A stretch of 64,000 bases of DNA from the IMG/VR virus record IMGVR_UViG_3300030060_004050, positions 32,001-96,000 of that record, one strand, 5' to 3'. Made by a program: the position numbers and the translations under genes. Source of the stretch: a virus. Positions within the stretch are counted from its first letter, which is position 1. Each line of letters starts with the position of its first letter. The notes under the pieces were generated by a model. That model was not told the origin of the DNA, did not search any database, and worked only from the letters and a program-made list of their open reading frames with translations. Positions 49,297 through 58,136 of the stretch are shown piece by piece.

Positions 49297-50295
49297 GTGA
49301 AAAAAGCATTAATAACCGGAATTAGTGGACAAGATGGATCTTATCTTGCAGAATTTTTGCTGGGTAAAGATTATGAAGTTCATGGAATTATTAGAAGAAA
49401 CTCAGTTGCAGAAAATCAAACGGCAAGACTCAAGAACGTATTTGACGATGATCACCTTCATCTCCATTATGGAGACGTTGAAGATTTATCTTGTCTTATT
49501 GAATTGTTGCAGAAGGTACAACCAGAGGAAGTGTATAACCTAGCAGCACAGTCTCATGTTAGAATTAGTTTTGATGTTCCTTTGTATACTGCTGCTGCAA
49601 CTGGACTCGGTAGTCTTAAGGTAATCGAGGCATGTAGATTGGTTTGTCCAGATGCTAGAATTTATCAAGCGTCTTCGTCTGAGATGTTCGGAAATAGTAT
49701 CGATGATGACGGGTTTCAAAGAGAGTCAACACCTCTATCTCCGGTGAGTCCATATGGATGTTCAAAAGTTTTTGCCTATAACATTGCGAGAAACTATAGA
49801 AACTCATATGACATGTTTATCTCAAACGGTATTCTGTTTAATCATGAATCGCCTAGAAGAGGATCTAACTTTGTAACAAGCAAAGTAGTGAAGGGTGCAT
49901 GTGCAATTAAGATGGGTGAACAAGAAAATCTAAAACTAGGAAACTTAGATGCAACTAGAGATTGGGGACATGCAAAAGATTATGTCGAGGCAATGTGGAT
50001 GATACTTCAACACAGTGTACCCGACGATTTTGTTTGTGCGACCGGAGTATCGCATAGTGTTCGTGATCTATGCGAATATACCTTTAAAGTTCTTGACATG
50101 GACTATAAACAGTATATAATTACAGATGAAAAGTACCTTCGTCCAGAAGAACTAGAGGATCTAAAAGGAGACTCGTCTAAACTTAGATCACAAGTAGGAT
50201 GGAAACCGAGGTACTCTTTTGAATTGATGATCAATGAAATGATTGAGCATGAACTTTGGAATGAATATCAAGTGAGTTTGGAGGACATTATATGA
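49297..50295 (+). CDS. gmd: GDP-mannose 4,6-dehydratase
   Basis: ALITGISGQDGSYLAEFLL; YNLAAQSHVRISF; YQASSSEMFG; SPYGCSK; FNHESPRRG..FVTSK; GNLDATRDWGHAKDYV. Confidence 0.96.
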   Translation: MKKALITGISGQDGSYLAEFLLGKDYEVHGIIRRNSVAENQTARLKNVFDDDHLHLHYGDVEDLSCLIELLQKVQPEEVYNLAAQSHVRISFDVPLYTAAATGLGSLKVIEACRLVCPDARIYQASSSEMFGNSIDDDGFQRESTPLSPVSPYGCSKVFAYNIARNYRNSYDMFISNGILFNHESPRRGSNFVTSKVVKGACAIKMGEQENLKLGNLDATRDWGHAKDYVEAMWMILQHSVPDDFVCATGVSHSVRDLCEYTFKVLDMDYKQYIITDEKYLRPEELEDLKGDSSKLRSQVGWKPRYSFELMINEMIEHELWNEYQVSLEDII

Positions 50296-51245
50296 CGGTT
50301 GCTGAAGCAACAAAAGATTTTTTGTGGGTGGAGAAGTATCGCCCTAACACTATTGCAGACTGTATTCTCCCGAAAGATATCAAAGATACCTTTCAGGCTA
50401 TTGTTGATTCTGGTGAACTTCAAAACCTTCTCCTATCAGGTGGAGCAGGATGTGGTAAAACCACGATTGCAAAAGCACTTTGTAATGAGATGGGTTCAGA
50501 CTGGATTATCATTAACTGTTCGGAAGATGGTAACATTGATACCCTTCGAACGAAGATTAGAAACTTTGCAAGCAGCGTTTCAATCGGTGGTGGTAACAAG
50601 GTAGTAATCCTAGATGAGTTTGATTATGCTAATGCACAGAGTATGCAACCTGCTCTTCGTGGGTTCATCGAGGAATTTGCTAATAATTGCCGTTTTATTC
50701 TGACTTGTAACTTCAAGAACAGGATTATTGAACCTCTTCATTCTAGATGTACCAATATAGAGTTTCGTATTCCCAATGCAGAGAAACCTGCAATGGCAGC
50801 AGGATTCTTGGATAGGATTGAATACATTCTCAACCAAGAGGGAATTGAATATGAGCAGCGAGTTCTAGCAGAACTTGTGATGCGACACTTTCCCGACTTC
50901 CGCAGAGTAATCAACGAACTTCAAAGATACTCTGTTGCAGGGACAATTGACATTGGTATACTTTCTAGAGTTGGTAGTGTAAAAATCAACGAACTCATGG
51001 ATGCGATGAAGATGAAGAAGTTTACTGACGTTCGTAAGTGGGTTGTTGAAAACCTTGATAACGATCAGACTAGAATCTTCAGAAAGATCTATGATGGTTT
51101 GTATGAAACTATGGAACCACAAAGTATCCCGAGAGCAATTCTTGTTCTTGCCGATTATCAGTATAAGTCTGCATTCGTAGCAGATCAAGAGATTAACCTT
51201 ACAGCATGTTTAACAGAACTAATGATGGAGTGTGAATTCAAATGA
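50292..51245 (+). CDS. gp44: Clamp loader large subunit gp44
   Basis: LWVEKYRP; GGAGCGKTT; VVILDEFD; ALRGFIEEF..NCRFILTCN; IIEPLHSRC; FPDFRR. Confidence 0.96.
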   Translation: MTVAEATKDFLWVEKYRPNTIADCILPKDIKDTFQAIVDSGELQNLLLSGGAGCGKTTIAKALCNEMGSDWIIINCSEDGNIDTLRTKIRNFASSVSIGGGNKVVILDEFDYANAQSMQPALRGFIEEFANNCRFILTCNFKNRIIEPLHSRCTNIEFRIPNAEKPAMAAGFLDRIEYILNQEGIEYEQRVLAELVMRHFPDFRRVINELQRYSVAGTIDIGILSRVGSVKINELMDAMKMKKFTDVRKWVVENLDNDQTRIFRKIYDGLYETMEPQSIPRAILVLADYQYKSAFVADQEINLTACLTELMMECEFK

Positions 51246-51541
51246 AGGGATTTAAACCACATGGAGATAAAGTAGTCATCGAACTCTGCGAAAAGAAGAA
51301 GGAGTATGAAAACATTATCTACGAAGACAAGAAGAATATTCCTTGGATAAAGGGTAGAGTTTTATCAATTGGTGCAGGGACAAAGGATGAAAGCGGTAAA
51401 GTTTACCCTGCTGAATTTGAAGTGGATGACTATGTTGTTTTTGATAAAACCAAAGGCGTGGATACATACGAGGGTTTAGCAATCGTAGACATACGATCTG
51501 TCGTCATGGTTGTAGATAAAGATACAGAGATATCAGGATGA
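51242..51541 (+). CDS. GroES/Cpn10-like co-chaperonin
   Basis: FKPHGDKVVIE; KGRVLSIGAG; EFEVDDYVVF. Confidence 0.7.
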   Translation: MKGFKPHGDKVVIELCEKKKEYENIIYEDKKNIPWIKGRVLSIGAGTKDESGKVYPAEFEVDDYVVFDKTKGVDTYEGLAIVDIRSVVMVVDKDTEISG

Positions 51542-51921
51542 AACTGGGAGACTATCTAAAGGCGATCAACAAGAGCAAAGAAGCACTCATGGACTCTGAT
51601 GATGAGTTCATCGAGAGGGACTATGTGCCATTTGTCGTAAACAGATGTCTTTCGTTTTTTCCCGACACGATAATCCAAACCAACGAAGTAAATTTAAGAT
51701 CCTCCATGGATAAGAAAATGCAGTTTGATTTTCTAAGAGGAACCATCCGAAAGGGTAATAGATATAGTCCTTGGATGAAGGAAAATTTACCCAAGGATAT
51801 TGAAGTGGTGAAGGAGTACTTTAACTACAGCAATAAAAAAGCCAAAGAAGCACTTGAGATACTCACTCCAGAAGACCTTGAGAACATCAAAAATAAACTC
51901 TCAAAGGGCGGAAAAATATAA
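51538..51921 (+). CDS. gp62: Clamp loader small subunit gp62
   Basis: YVPFVVNRCLSFFPDT; MQFDF; VKEYFNYSNKKAKEALEIL. Confidence 0.92.
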   Translation: MKLGDYLKAINKSKEALMDSDDEFIERDYVPFVVNRCLSFFPDTIIQTNEVNLRSSMDKKMQFDFLRGTIRKGNRYSPWMKENLPKDIEVVKEYFNYSNKKAKEALEILTPEDLENIKNKLSKGGKI

Positions 51922-51924
51922 ATA
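51917..51924 (+). promoter_or_regulatory. Late promoter TATAAATA upstream of regA
   Basis: Exact consensus. Confidence 0.6.
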
Positions 51925-51958
51925 GTATAAACGTTATGCCATTTATATAAGAAGGAAC

Positions 51959-52372
51959 GTGAGCATGGAAAGACAAAAAATATCAGTAGATGATTTAATC
52001 GAGGTTGAACTGTACGAAGACGATGACTTTCTTAAAATCAAAGAAACATTGACTCGAATAGGGATATCATCACGCAAAGAAAAAAAGTTATATCAATCTT
52101 GCCATATCTTACATAAGAGAGGTAAGTATTATATTGTCCACTTCAAAGAACTTTTTTCTCTGGATGGACTACCTTCAAATCTAACCGAAGAAGATATCGC
52201 AAGAAGGAACACCATTGTAAATCTATTAGATGAATGGGAACTCTGTGAAACTGTCGATCCGGAAAAGACAAAAGATCCAGTCCTAAACATAAAACAATTA
52301 AAGATTTTGTCCCACAAAGAAAAACAAGACTGGGAATTGTGTCCTAAATATCATATAGGAAAGAAGAAGTAA
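51959..52372 (+). CDS. regA: Translational repressor RegA (start GTG 51959 or ATG 51965)
   Basis: DDFLKIKETLTRIGISSRK..LYQSCHILHKRGKYYIVHFKELF; PKYHIG. Confidence 0.96.
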   Translation: MSMERQKISVDDLIEVELYEDDDFLKIKETLTRIGISSRKEKKLYQSCHILHKRGKYYIVHFKELFSLDGLPSNLTEEDIARRNTIVNLLDEWELCETVDPEKTKDPVLNIKQLKILSHKEKQDWELCPKYHIGKKK

Positions 52373-52388
52373 CAGGGGTTTTTATATA

Positions 52389-53075
52389 ATGAAAATTGAT
52401 ATTCGTGATGTGACTTGTCGCTGGATTAACCTAGACAGCGACACAGAAAATGCTAAAGAAATGGAAACCCAATTTAAAGAACTTGGGTTCGACAACCACA
52501 AAAGATTTTCTGCCAGAGTAGTAGATGCACCAGAGGGTACTCCGTACAATCTCAGGCATTATGTCGGTTGTGCCCAGTCCCATATTGATGTGTTAACAGA
52601 AGAGTTTGATAGCGGACACCTCCTAGTATTGGAGGATGATGTTGTTACAACCCCATGGTATAAAGATACAATAGAAGTTCCCGATGACACGGATGCTGTG
52701 TATCTTGGTGTTTCGCATGGAAATCAAAATTACCTCGCACAAGATATATCAGAGCCGGGTGGAGAATGGTTAGCAAGAATACAGGGAGTATTTGCAACTC
52801 ACGCCATTCTTTACTTGACAAACAAATACAAGCAAGCAACAATCGACATCGCAAAAGAATACGCATACAATCGTAGCACTCCGTTTGACGTTGGTTGTGC
52901 AGAAATACAAAAATCGTTTAACGTTGTAACACCACACCTTCCTTTCTTTTATCAATCCGATGATCGAAGAAATGAAAACAACTGGGGTGATATAACGTCT
53001 CAACCATTAAGAATGATGGCTTATGGATCAGGACCACTAGGACCGGGATACGGTAGAGGACCACAAGGAGGTTAA
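52389..53075 (+). CDS. GT25-like glycosyltransferase (copy 1)
   Basis: WINLD; FSA; GCAQSH; LVLEDD; YLG; THAILY. Confidence 0.65.
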   Translation: MKIDIRDVTCRWINLDSDTENAKEMETQFKELGFDNHKRFSARVVDAPEGTPYNLRHYVGCAQSHIDVLTEEFDSGHLLVLEDDVVTTPWYKDTIEVPDDTDAVYLGVSHGNQNYLAQDISEPGGEWLARIQGVFATHAILYLTNKYKQATIDIAKEYAYNRSTPFDVGCAEIQKSFNVVTPHLPFFYQSDDRRNENNWGDITSQPLRMMAYGSGPLGPGYGRGPQGG

Positions 53076-53076
53076 T

Positions 53077-53958
53077 ATGTTATGTTTTCCAAGATTAGGT
53101 GATTACGGTTACTTAGGTAACGCAATGTTCCAGTACTCTGCTCTACTCGGTATTGCAGATAAACATGGATACACCCCCGTTTATGATTATGAAAAAACAG
53201 GGACAATGGTTACCCTTCATGATCATTTTAAGATTACAAAGGCAGAGCAACTTGAACAATGGAAGCAAGTTCACGGAATGAAGAGAGTTTGGAAAGAACC
53301 TCACTTTAATTTTTCCGAATATGCATTTATGGACAAACCTCCGCTATCAAGCGAAAGAAAAAAGAAACTTGGTATTGTTGACGAGTCTCCTCCTATCGTT
53401 CGAGAAGACACAGGACTAAATGGATACTTCCAGTCAGAGAAGTATTTCAATCACATTGAAGATACAATTCGATCCGAGTTTACCTTTAGTGATGAGGTGC
53501 GGGAACAATGTGAAGAAACAATCAAACCCATTAGAGAGAAGGACAAGATTGTAGTGTCCTTACATGTTCGATTAGGAGACTACAAGATGCTCGAACATGT
53601 CTATGTCCCTCTGGTAAAAACTGATTATTATCAAAAGGCAATCGCTTACCTATCAAATGAATTTGGTGAGGACAACCTACACTTTATTGTTTTCTCAGAT
53701 GAACCTCAAATTTGCAAGCAGATTTTTCAAGGAGAGAATATTGCTTACGCTGAAGGTGGATCTCAGACTCAAGATATGTGCCTGATGTCAATGTGTGATC
53801 ACAACATCATCGCTAACAGTTCATTCAGTTGGTGGGGTGCATGGTTAAACAACAACAAGGACAAGAAGGTAATTGCTCCACACGGTTGGTTCCAACCAAA
53901 TGAAAAAGATCCAAAGAACACTAAGGATCTATACTGTGAAGATTGGATTATTCTGTGA
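53077..53958 (+). CDS. GT11 alpha-1,2-fucosyl/colitosyltransferase
   Basis: GYLGNAMFQY; GYFQSEKYF; SLHVRLGDY; VFSD; DMCLMSMCDHNIIANSSFSWWGAWL. Confidence 0.9.
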   Translation: MLCFPRLGDYGYLGNAMFQYSALLGIADKHGYTPVYDYEKTGTMVTLHDHFKITKAEQLEQWKQVHGMKRVWKEPHFNFSEYAFMDKPPLSSERKKKLGIVDESPPIVREDTGLNGYFQSEKYFNHIEDTIRSEFTFSDEVREQCEETIKPIREKDKIVVSLHVRLGDYKMLEHVYVPLVKTDYYQKAIAYLSNEFGEDNLHFIVFSDEPQICKQIFQGENIAYAEGGSQTQDMCLMSMCDHNIIANSSFSWWGAWLNNNKDKKVIAPHGWFQPNEKDPKNTKDLYCEDWIIL

Positions 53959-55565
53959 AAAACATACTCTCATTTTATGGTGGACATGATGCATCTGTTA
54001 CGTTTGTTGATAAGCAAGACAGGGTAAGAGTTATCGAAGTAGAGCGATATGTTAAGCAACGCTACGCTGCTTTCTCTTCATATCAAAACAAAAGATCTTT
54101 TGGTATTAGTGATGCGAAGAGATTAGATTTTCTAAATTACTTGTATGACTCTGTTTTCGATCCGGAAAAGATCGACACTATTTTATACATGGGTTTGTCT
54201 GAAGATGATGCAAATCTAATTAAAAAGTTTTTTCCTAATGCAGAGTTTAAACACATGAATCATCATCGTTCACATGCCTATTGTGGACATTACCAGTCGG
54301 GTTTTGAAAAGAGTATTATATTTTCAGTAGATGGTGGTGGTGTGGATCATGGACAGACGGTAACCACAAAAGTATTTTTAGGCAACGGAAACGACATCGA
54401 GGAACTTGAAGATTGTAAAATTGATTTCGGAACCGCCTACATGTCAGTTGGTAAATATATTTCTGAAATCAAAAAAAAGCAAGACGACTCCCTTGCCTGG
54501 GCAGGAAAAATCATGGGACTTTGTGCCTATGGTGAAGTAAGAGAAGAATGGGTAGAACCCATGACAAGGTTCTATAAAACAATATCAGAAAAAACACATG
54601 AAAATATTGCATCTTCTGATCAAAGTTTCGGATCTGAAATCATTCAAGAACTGTTTCCAGACACAGTTCTAACTCAAGACTGTCTAAAGGGTAAAGACAG
54701 TTATGATCTTGCTGCAACCAGTCAACATGTGTTTGAAGAACTTTTGTTCGAGTGGATGGAACCATATGTTAACGAATACAGAAGAGATGTTGTTTTAGTT
54801 GGTGGGTGTGCATTAAACGTTCTATACAATCAGAGATTCTCTGAGTATATGTTTGAAAAGAACATGAATAAACTGTACGTTCCACCAAACCCCAATGACT
54901 GTGGATTGTCTCTCGGATTTTTCCTAGAGGAGTGTCCTGAGTTAAGAGGTAAAGATTTCGTGTACGAAGGAATTGAACTCCTAGACAGAGACGATCTACA
55001 AAAGCATGTTTCTGAAAGAAACGCGAAAGAAGTCAATACATCAGATATTGTTGACATTATCAAACGAGGAGAAATTGTTGGTTTGGTATATGGTGACTCT
55101 GAGATCGGACCTAGAGCATTAGGAAACAGAAGTATTATCTGTGATCCCTCTTTCGAAAACATGAAGGACATCTTGAACAAGAAAGTAAAGTTTAGAGAGT
55201 GGTACAGACCTTTTGCCCCTGTTTCAATGCTACACCACTCCAACACATACTTCCACAAGGTGTTCGAATCAAACTACATGAGTTTTGCACCAAAGGTTAA
55301 AGAAGAGTATCAGGAAAAACTTCGTGCCATTACTCATGTTGATGAAACCTCTAGACTACAAACTGTTTGTAAAGTCGGAGGACACCGAGGGTTCATGGAC
55401 ATTCTAGAGGAGTTGAATCGTAGAGAAGAGATCCCTGTCATTCTAAACACATCTTTTAATATCAGAGGGTATCCGATCCTCACAACGATAGAGGACGCAC
55501 TTCATGTTCTGGATAATACTGAATTGGATCATGTTGTGGTAGAGGGTTACTTGTTTTCAAAATGA
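53955..55565 (+). CDS. NodU/CmcH-family carbamoyltransferase (probable GTG start 53955)
   Basis: HHRSHA; DGGG; GKIMGLCAYG; GGCALN; GPRALGNRSI; KFREWYRPFAP; HVDETSRLQTV; LNTSFN. Confidence 0.92.
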   Translation: MKNILSFYGGHDASVTFVDKQDRVRVIEVERYVKQRYAAFSSYQNKRSFGISDAKRLDFLNYLYDSVFDPEKIDTILYMGLSEDDANLIKKFFPNAEFKHMNHHRSHAYCGHYQSGFEKSIIFSVDGGGVDHGQTVTTKVFLGNGNDIEELEDCKIDFGTAYMSVGKYISEIKKKQDDSLAWAGKIMGLCAYGEVREEWVEPMTRFYKTISEKTHENIASSDQSFGSEIIQELFPDTVLTQDCLKGKDSYDLAATSQHVFEELLFEWMEPYVNEYRRDVVLVGGCALNVLYNQRFSEYMFEKNMNKLYVPPNPNDCGLSLGFFLEECPELRGKDFVYEGIELLDRDDLQKHVSERNAKEVNTSDIVDIIKRGEIVGLVYGDSEIGPRALGNRSIICDPSFENMKDILNKKVKFREWYRPFAPVSMLHHSNTYFHKVFESNYMSFAPKVKEEYQEKLRAITHVDETSRLQTVCKVGGHRGFMDILEELNRREEIPVILNTSFNIRGYPILTTIEDALHVLDNTELDHVVVEGYLFSK

Positions 55566-56389
55566 AAGTTGCTGAAGAAAAACTAAAATTATTCGTAGTG
55601 GGTGTCGATCCTTGCTGGACAGATCCAAAACAAATATACCAAACAACAAACTCAAAGTGGACTCTTGATGAATCTGGTGTCAAGATTTTTGTTGATCATA
55701 TGTTGGTAGAGGGCTTGTCCTGTCCAGACGAAAACAAATATGCTTGGATATACGAACCAGCATCTGTCATACCAGACTTCGTTGATCACATAAAAAGTAG
55801 TGTGCATCTGTATGCTAAAACATATAATAAACTGTTTACCCACAACAGACAGATTGCAAACCTACACGATAATTTTGTTCTTGTAGATCCCGGTTTTCCT
55901 AGTTGGATTGATTCACCAAAGATACACAAGAAGTCCAAAGTAGCGTCTATGATTACCTCCACGAAAAACTTTACACCGGGACACCGACATAGAATACATT
56001 GGGCGAATAAACTTCATGGACAGTTGGATCTATATGGAAGAGGACATAACGAAATTGAGTCAAAGGAAGACGGACTAAATGACTACATGTTCTCGGTTAG
56101 TCTGGAAAATGATGATACCGTATACACCGAAAAACTCTTAGATTGTTTTCTAACAGGCACTGTACCCATTTATTGGGGAAGCGATGATGTTAAAAATATT
56201 TTTAATAACGACGGAATCATATGGATTGACAGCAACTTTAGCGTAGATTCCTTGACAGAGGAACTATATAATTCTAAGAAAGAAGCAATACAAGAGAACT
56301 TTGAAATTGCAAAACAGGTAAACAAAGGCATCCCGGAAATGGTAGACTTTTTCGTTGATGATTATATTTTAGGAGATATAAATGAGTGA
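55562..56389 (+). CDS. GT10-like (alpha-1,3-fucosyltransferase-type) glycosyltransferase
   Basis: DLYGRG; YMFSVSLEN..YTEKLLDCFLTGTVPIYWG. Confidence 0.7.
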   Translation: MKVAEEKLKLFVVGVDPCWTDPKQIYQTTNSKWTLDESGVKIFVDHMLVEGLSCPDENKYAWIYEPASVIPDFVDHIKSSVHLYAKTYNKLFTHNRQIANLHDNFVLVDPGFPSWIDSPKIHKKSKVASMITSTKNFTPGHRHRIHWANKLHGQLDLYGRGHNEIESKEDGLNDYMFSVSLENDDTVYTEKLLDCFLTGTVPIYWGSDDVKNIFNNDGIIWIDSNFSVDSLTEELYNSKKEAIQENFEIAKQVNKGIPEMVDFFVDDYILGDINE

Positions 56390-57641
56390 TATTCCAGAAC
56401 TAGGATTGTGCATGATTGTCAAAAACGAAGAGCATGTTATTGAAAGATGCTTGGAGTCTATTCACAAATATATTGGATACTGGGTAATTTGTGACACAGG
56501 ATCTACAGACAAAACAAAAGAAGTCATCGAGTCATTTTTCGAAAAGAAGGGAATCCCCGGTGAGGTAGTTGACATTCCTTGGGAGGGATTCGGTGCATCT
56601 CGAACGAAGGCACTTGAATGTGCTAAGGGAAAAATGAAGTATGCATGGATGATTGACGCAGACGATAGCGTCGAGGGAACTCCAAAACTACCCAACCTTA
56701 GCAATCCTGTTGATGGTTACTCCTTGAAAATTAAAAGAGGTGACTTTACATGGTGGAGAAATCATATTTTCAGACTAGAAAGTAACTGGAGATATGAGGG
56801 TGTTCTTCACGAATATGCAACATGTGATGCAGGCGCTGCTATGGTTTGTCTACCAATGAATGGAAATTACCATATCGAAGCAAGAACAGAGGGTGGTAGA
56901 AACGTCGATGTGACATCTCAAGAAAAGTATCTCAAAGATGCTGAAGTGATTATGGATGCACTTACAAACGAAAAGTCTCCACACTATGAACCAGAAAACA
57001 GTCGGTATATCTTTTACCTTGCTCAAAGTTACTTCGATGCTGGTGAATATGAACTCGCAAAGGAGTGGTATATTCAAAGAGCAAAGGCAGGAGGATGGGA
57101 AGAAGAAGTATTCTATGCGATGTATCGTGTAGGTATTTGTAACGTTCTTCTTGAACGTCCATGGCAAGAAATTCAAGATGCTTTTATGCAAGCATGGTCA
57201 TATCGTCCTTGTAGAATTGAACCTCTGTGGCAGATTTCAAGACTCTATAGGCAGAACGGAAACCCAAGACTAGCATATCTGTTTGCAAACCAAGGACTGG
57301 GTGTTCCCTTCCCCGAACAAGATATTCTTTTCCTTGCTCACGACATTTGGGACTGGCAAATTCTAGACGAAGTTGCAGCAACCGCATACTATGTTCATGA
57401 ATTTGAAAAGGGACTTGCTGCATCTAATATGCTGCTGAAGAATCCCAACTTCCCCAAAGAGCATCACGAAAGAACTCTAACAAATATCAAACTATATCAA
57501 GAAGCACTAGCAAACAAGCAAAAAGCAATACAAGAGAGAGAAGAGCGTCTGAAAGGACACTCTGACTATGGTGCTACTTCAAAGAAAAGACCTGAAAGAA
57601 AGAAGTCATTTAAGAAGAGAAAGAAACAAAAGGCAAGGTAA
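56382..57641 (+). CDS. GT2 glycosyltransferase with C-terminal TPR repeats
   Basis: LCMIVKNEEHVIERCLES; DTGSTDKT; IDADD; GVLHE; TPR-like RYIFYLAQSYFDAGEYELAKEWY. Confidence 0.85.
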   Translation: MSDIPELGLCMIVKNEEHVIERCLESIHKYIGYWVICDTGSTDKTKEVIESFFEKKGIPGEVVDIPWEGFGASRTKALECAKGKMKYAWMIDADDSVEGTPKLPNLSNPVDGYSLKIKRGDFTWWRNHIFRLESNWRYEGVLHEYATCDAGAAMVCLPMNGNYHIEARTEGGRNVDVTSQEKYLKDAEVIMDALTNEKSPHYEPENSRYIFYLAQSYFDAGEYELAKEWYIQRAKAGGWEEEVFYAMYRVGICNVLLERPWQEIQDAFMQAWSYRPCRIEPLWQISRLYRQNGNPRLAYLFANQGLGVPFPEQDILFLAHDIWDWQILDEVAATAYYVHEFEKGLAASNMLLKNPNFPKEHHERTLTNIKLYQEALANKQKAIQEREERLKGHSDYGATSKKRPERKKSFKKRKKQKAR

Positions 57642-57648
57642 TAATTTT

Positions 57649-57656
57649 CCTAAATA
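57649..57656 (+). promoter_or_regulatory. Putative late promoter variant CCTAAATA preceding the fibre island
   Basis: Intergenic, followed by AGGAG SD and ATG 57672. Confidence 0.55.
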
Positions 57657-57671
57657 CAATAGGAGAAACAT

Positions 57672-58136
57672 ATGGCAGCAGGCGAATATGACATTTTAGC
57701 AGAGCAAGGTACGACCTTCAAGTTATCTTTAACCTATAAAGACTCATCGGATGCGGTGATTGATCTGGAAGGACAAACGGGTAATATGCAAGTGCGTAGA
57801 TCCGTTAGTGACAATCAGGCACTACTGTTCCTTTCTGGTCCTACGGGATCACATGTTGCACCGGGAATCCGAGGATCGTTGACAGGTGGTGGATCCACTG
57901 GAGAATTTACCACCGGAACTACTCAAGGACAAACCGGAACTGGCGGTGTTATGCTTAACACCAGTTCTACTGGTGGAACAGGGACAACTGGTGGAATCTA
58001 TATTCAAATTGATTCATCTACAATGGCAAACGTACCTGCTGGTAACCACATTTATGATTTAGAATTGGTTTCGGGTTCATCTGTAACTAGAATTCTACAG
58101 GGTAGATTCGAGGTAACTGCGGAAGTCACTAGATGA
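57672..58136 (+). CDS. Virion structural adaptor-like protein
   Basis: [36 protein letters not shown], a type often preceding fibre genes; Gly/Thr insert. Confidence 0.6.
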   Translation: MAAGEYDILAEQGTTFKLSLTYKDSSDAVIDLEGQTGNMQVRRSVSDNQALLFLSGPTGSHVAPGIRGSLTGGGSTGEFTTGTTQGQTGTGGVMLNTSSTGGTGTTGGIYIQIDSSTMANVPAGNHIYDLELVSGSSVTRILQGRFEVTAEVTR

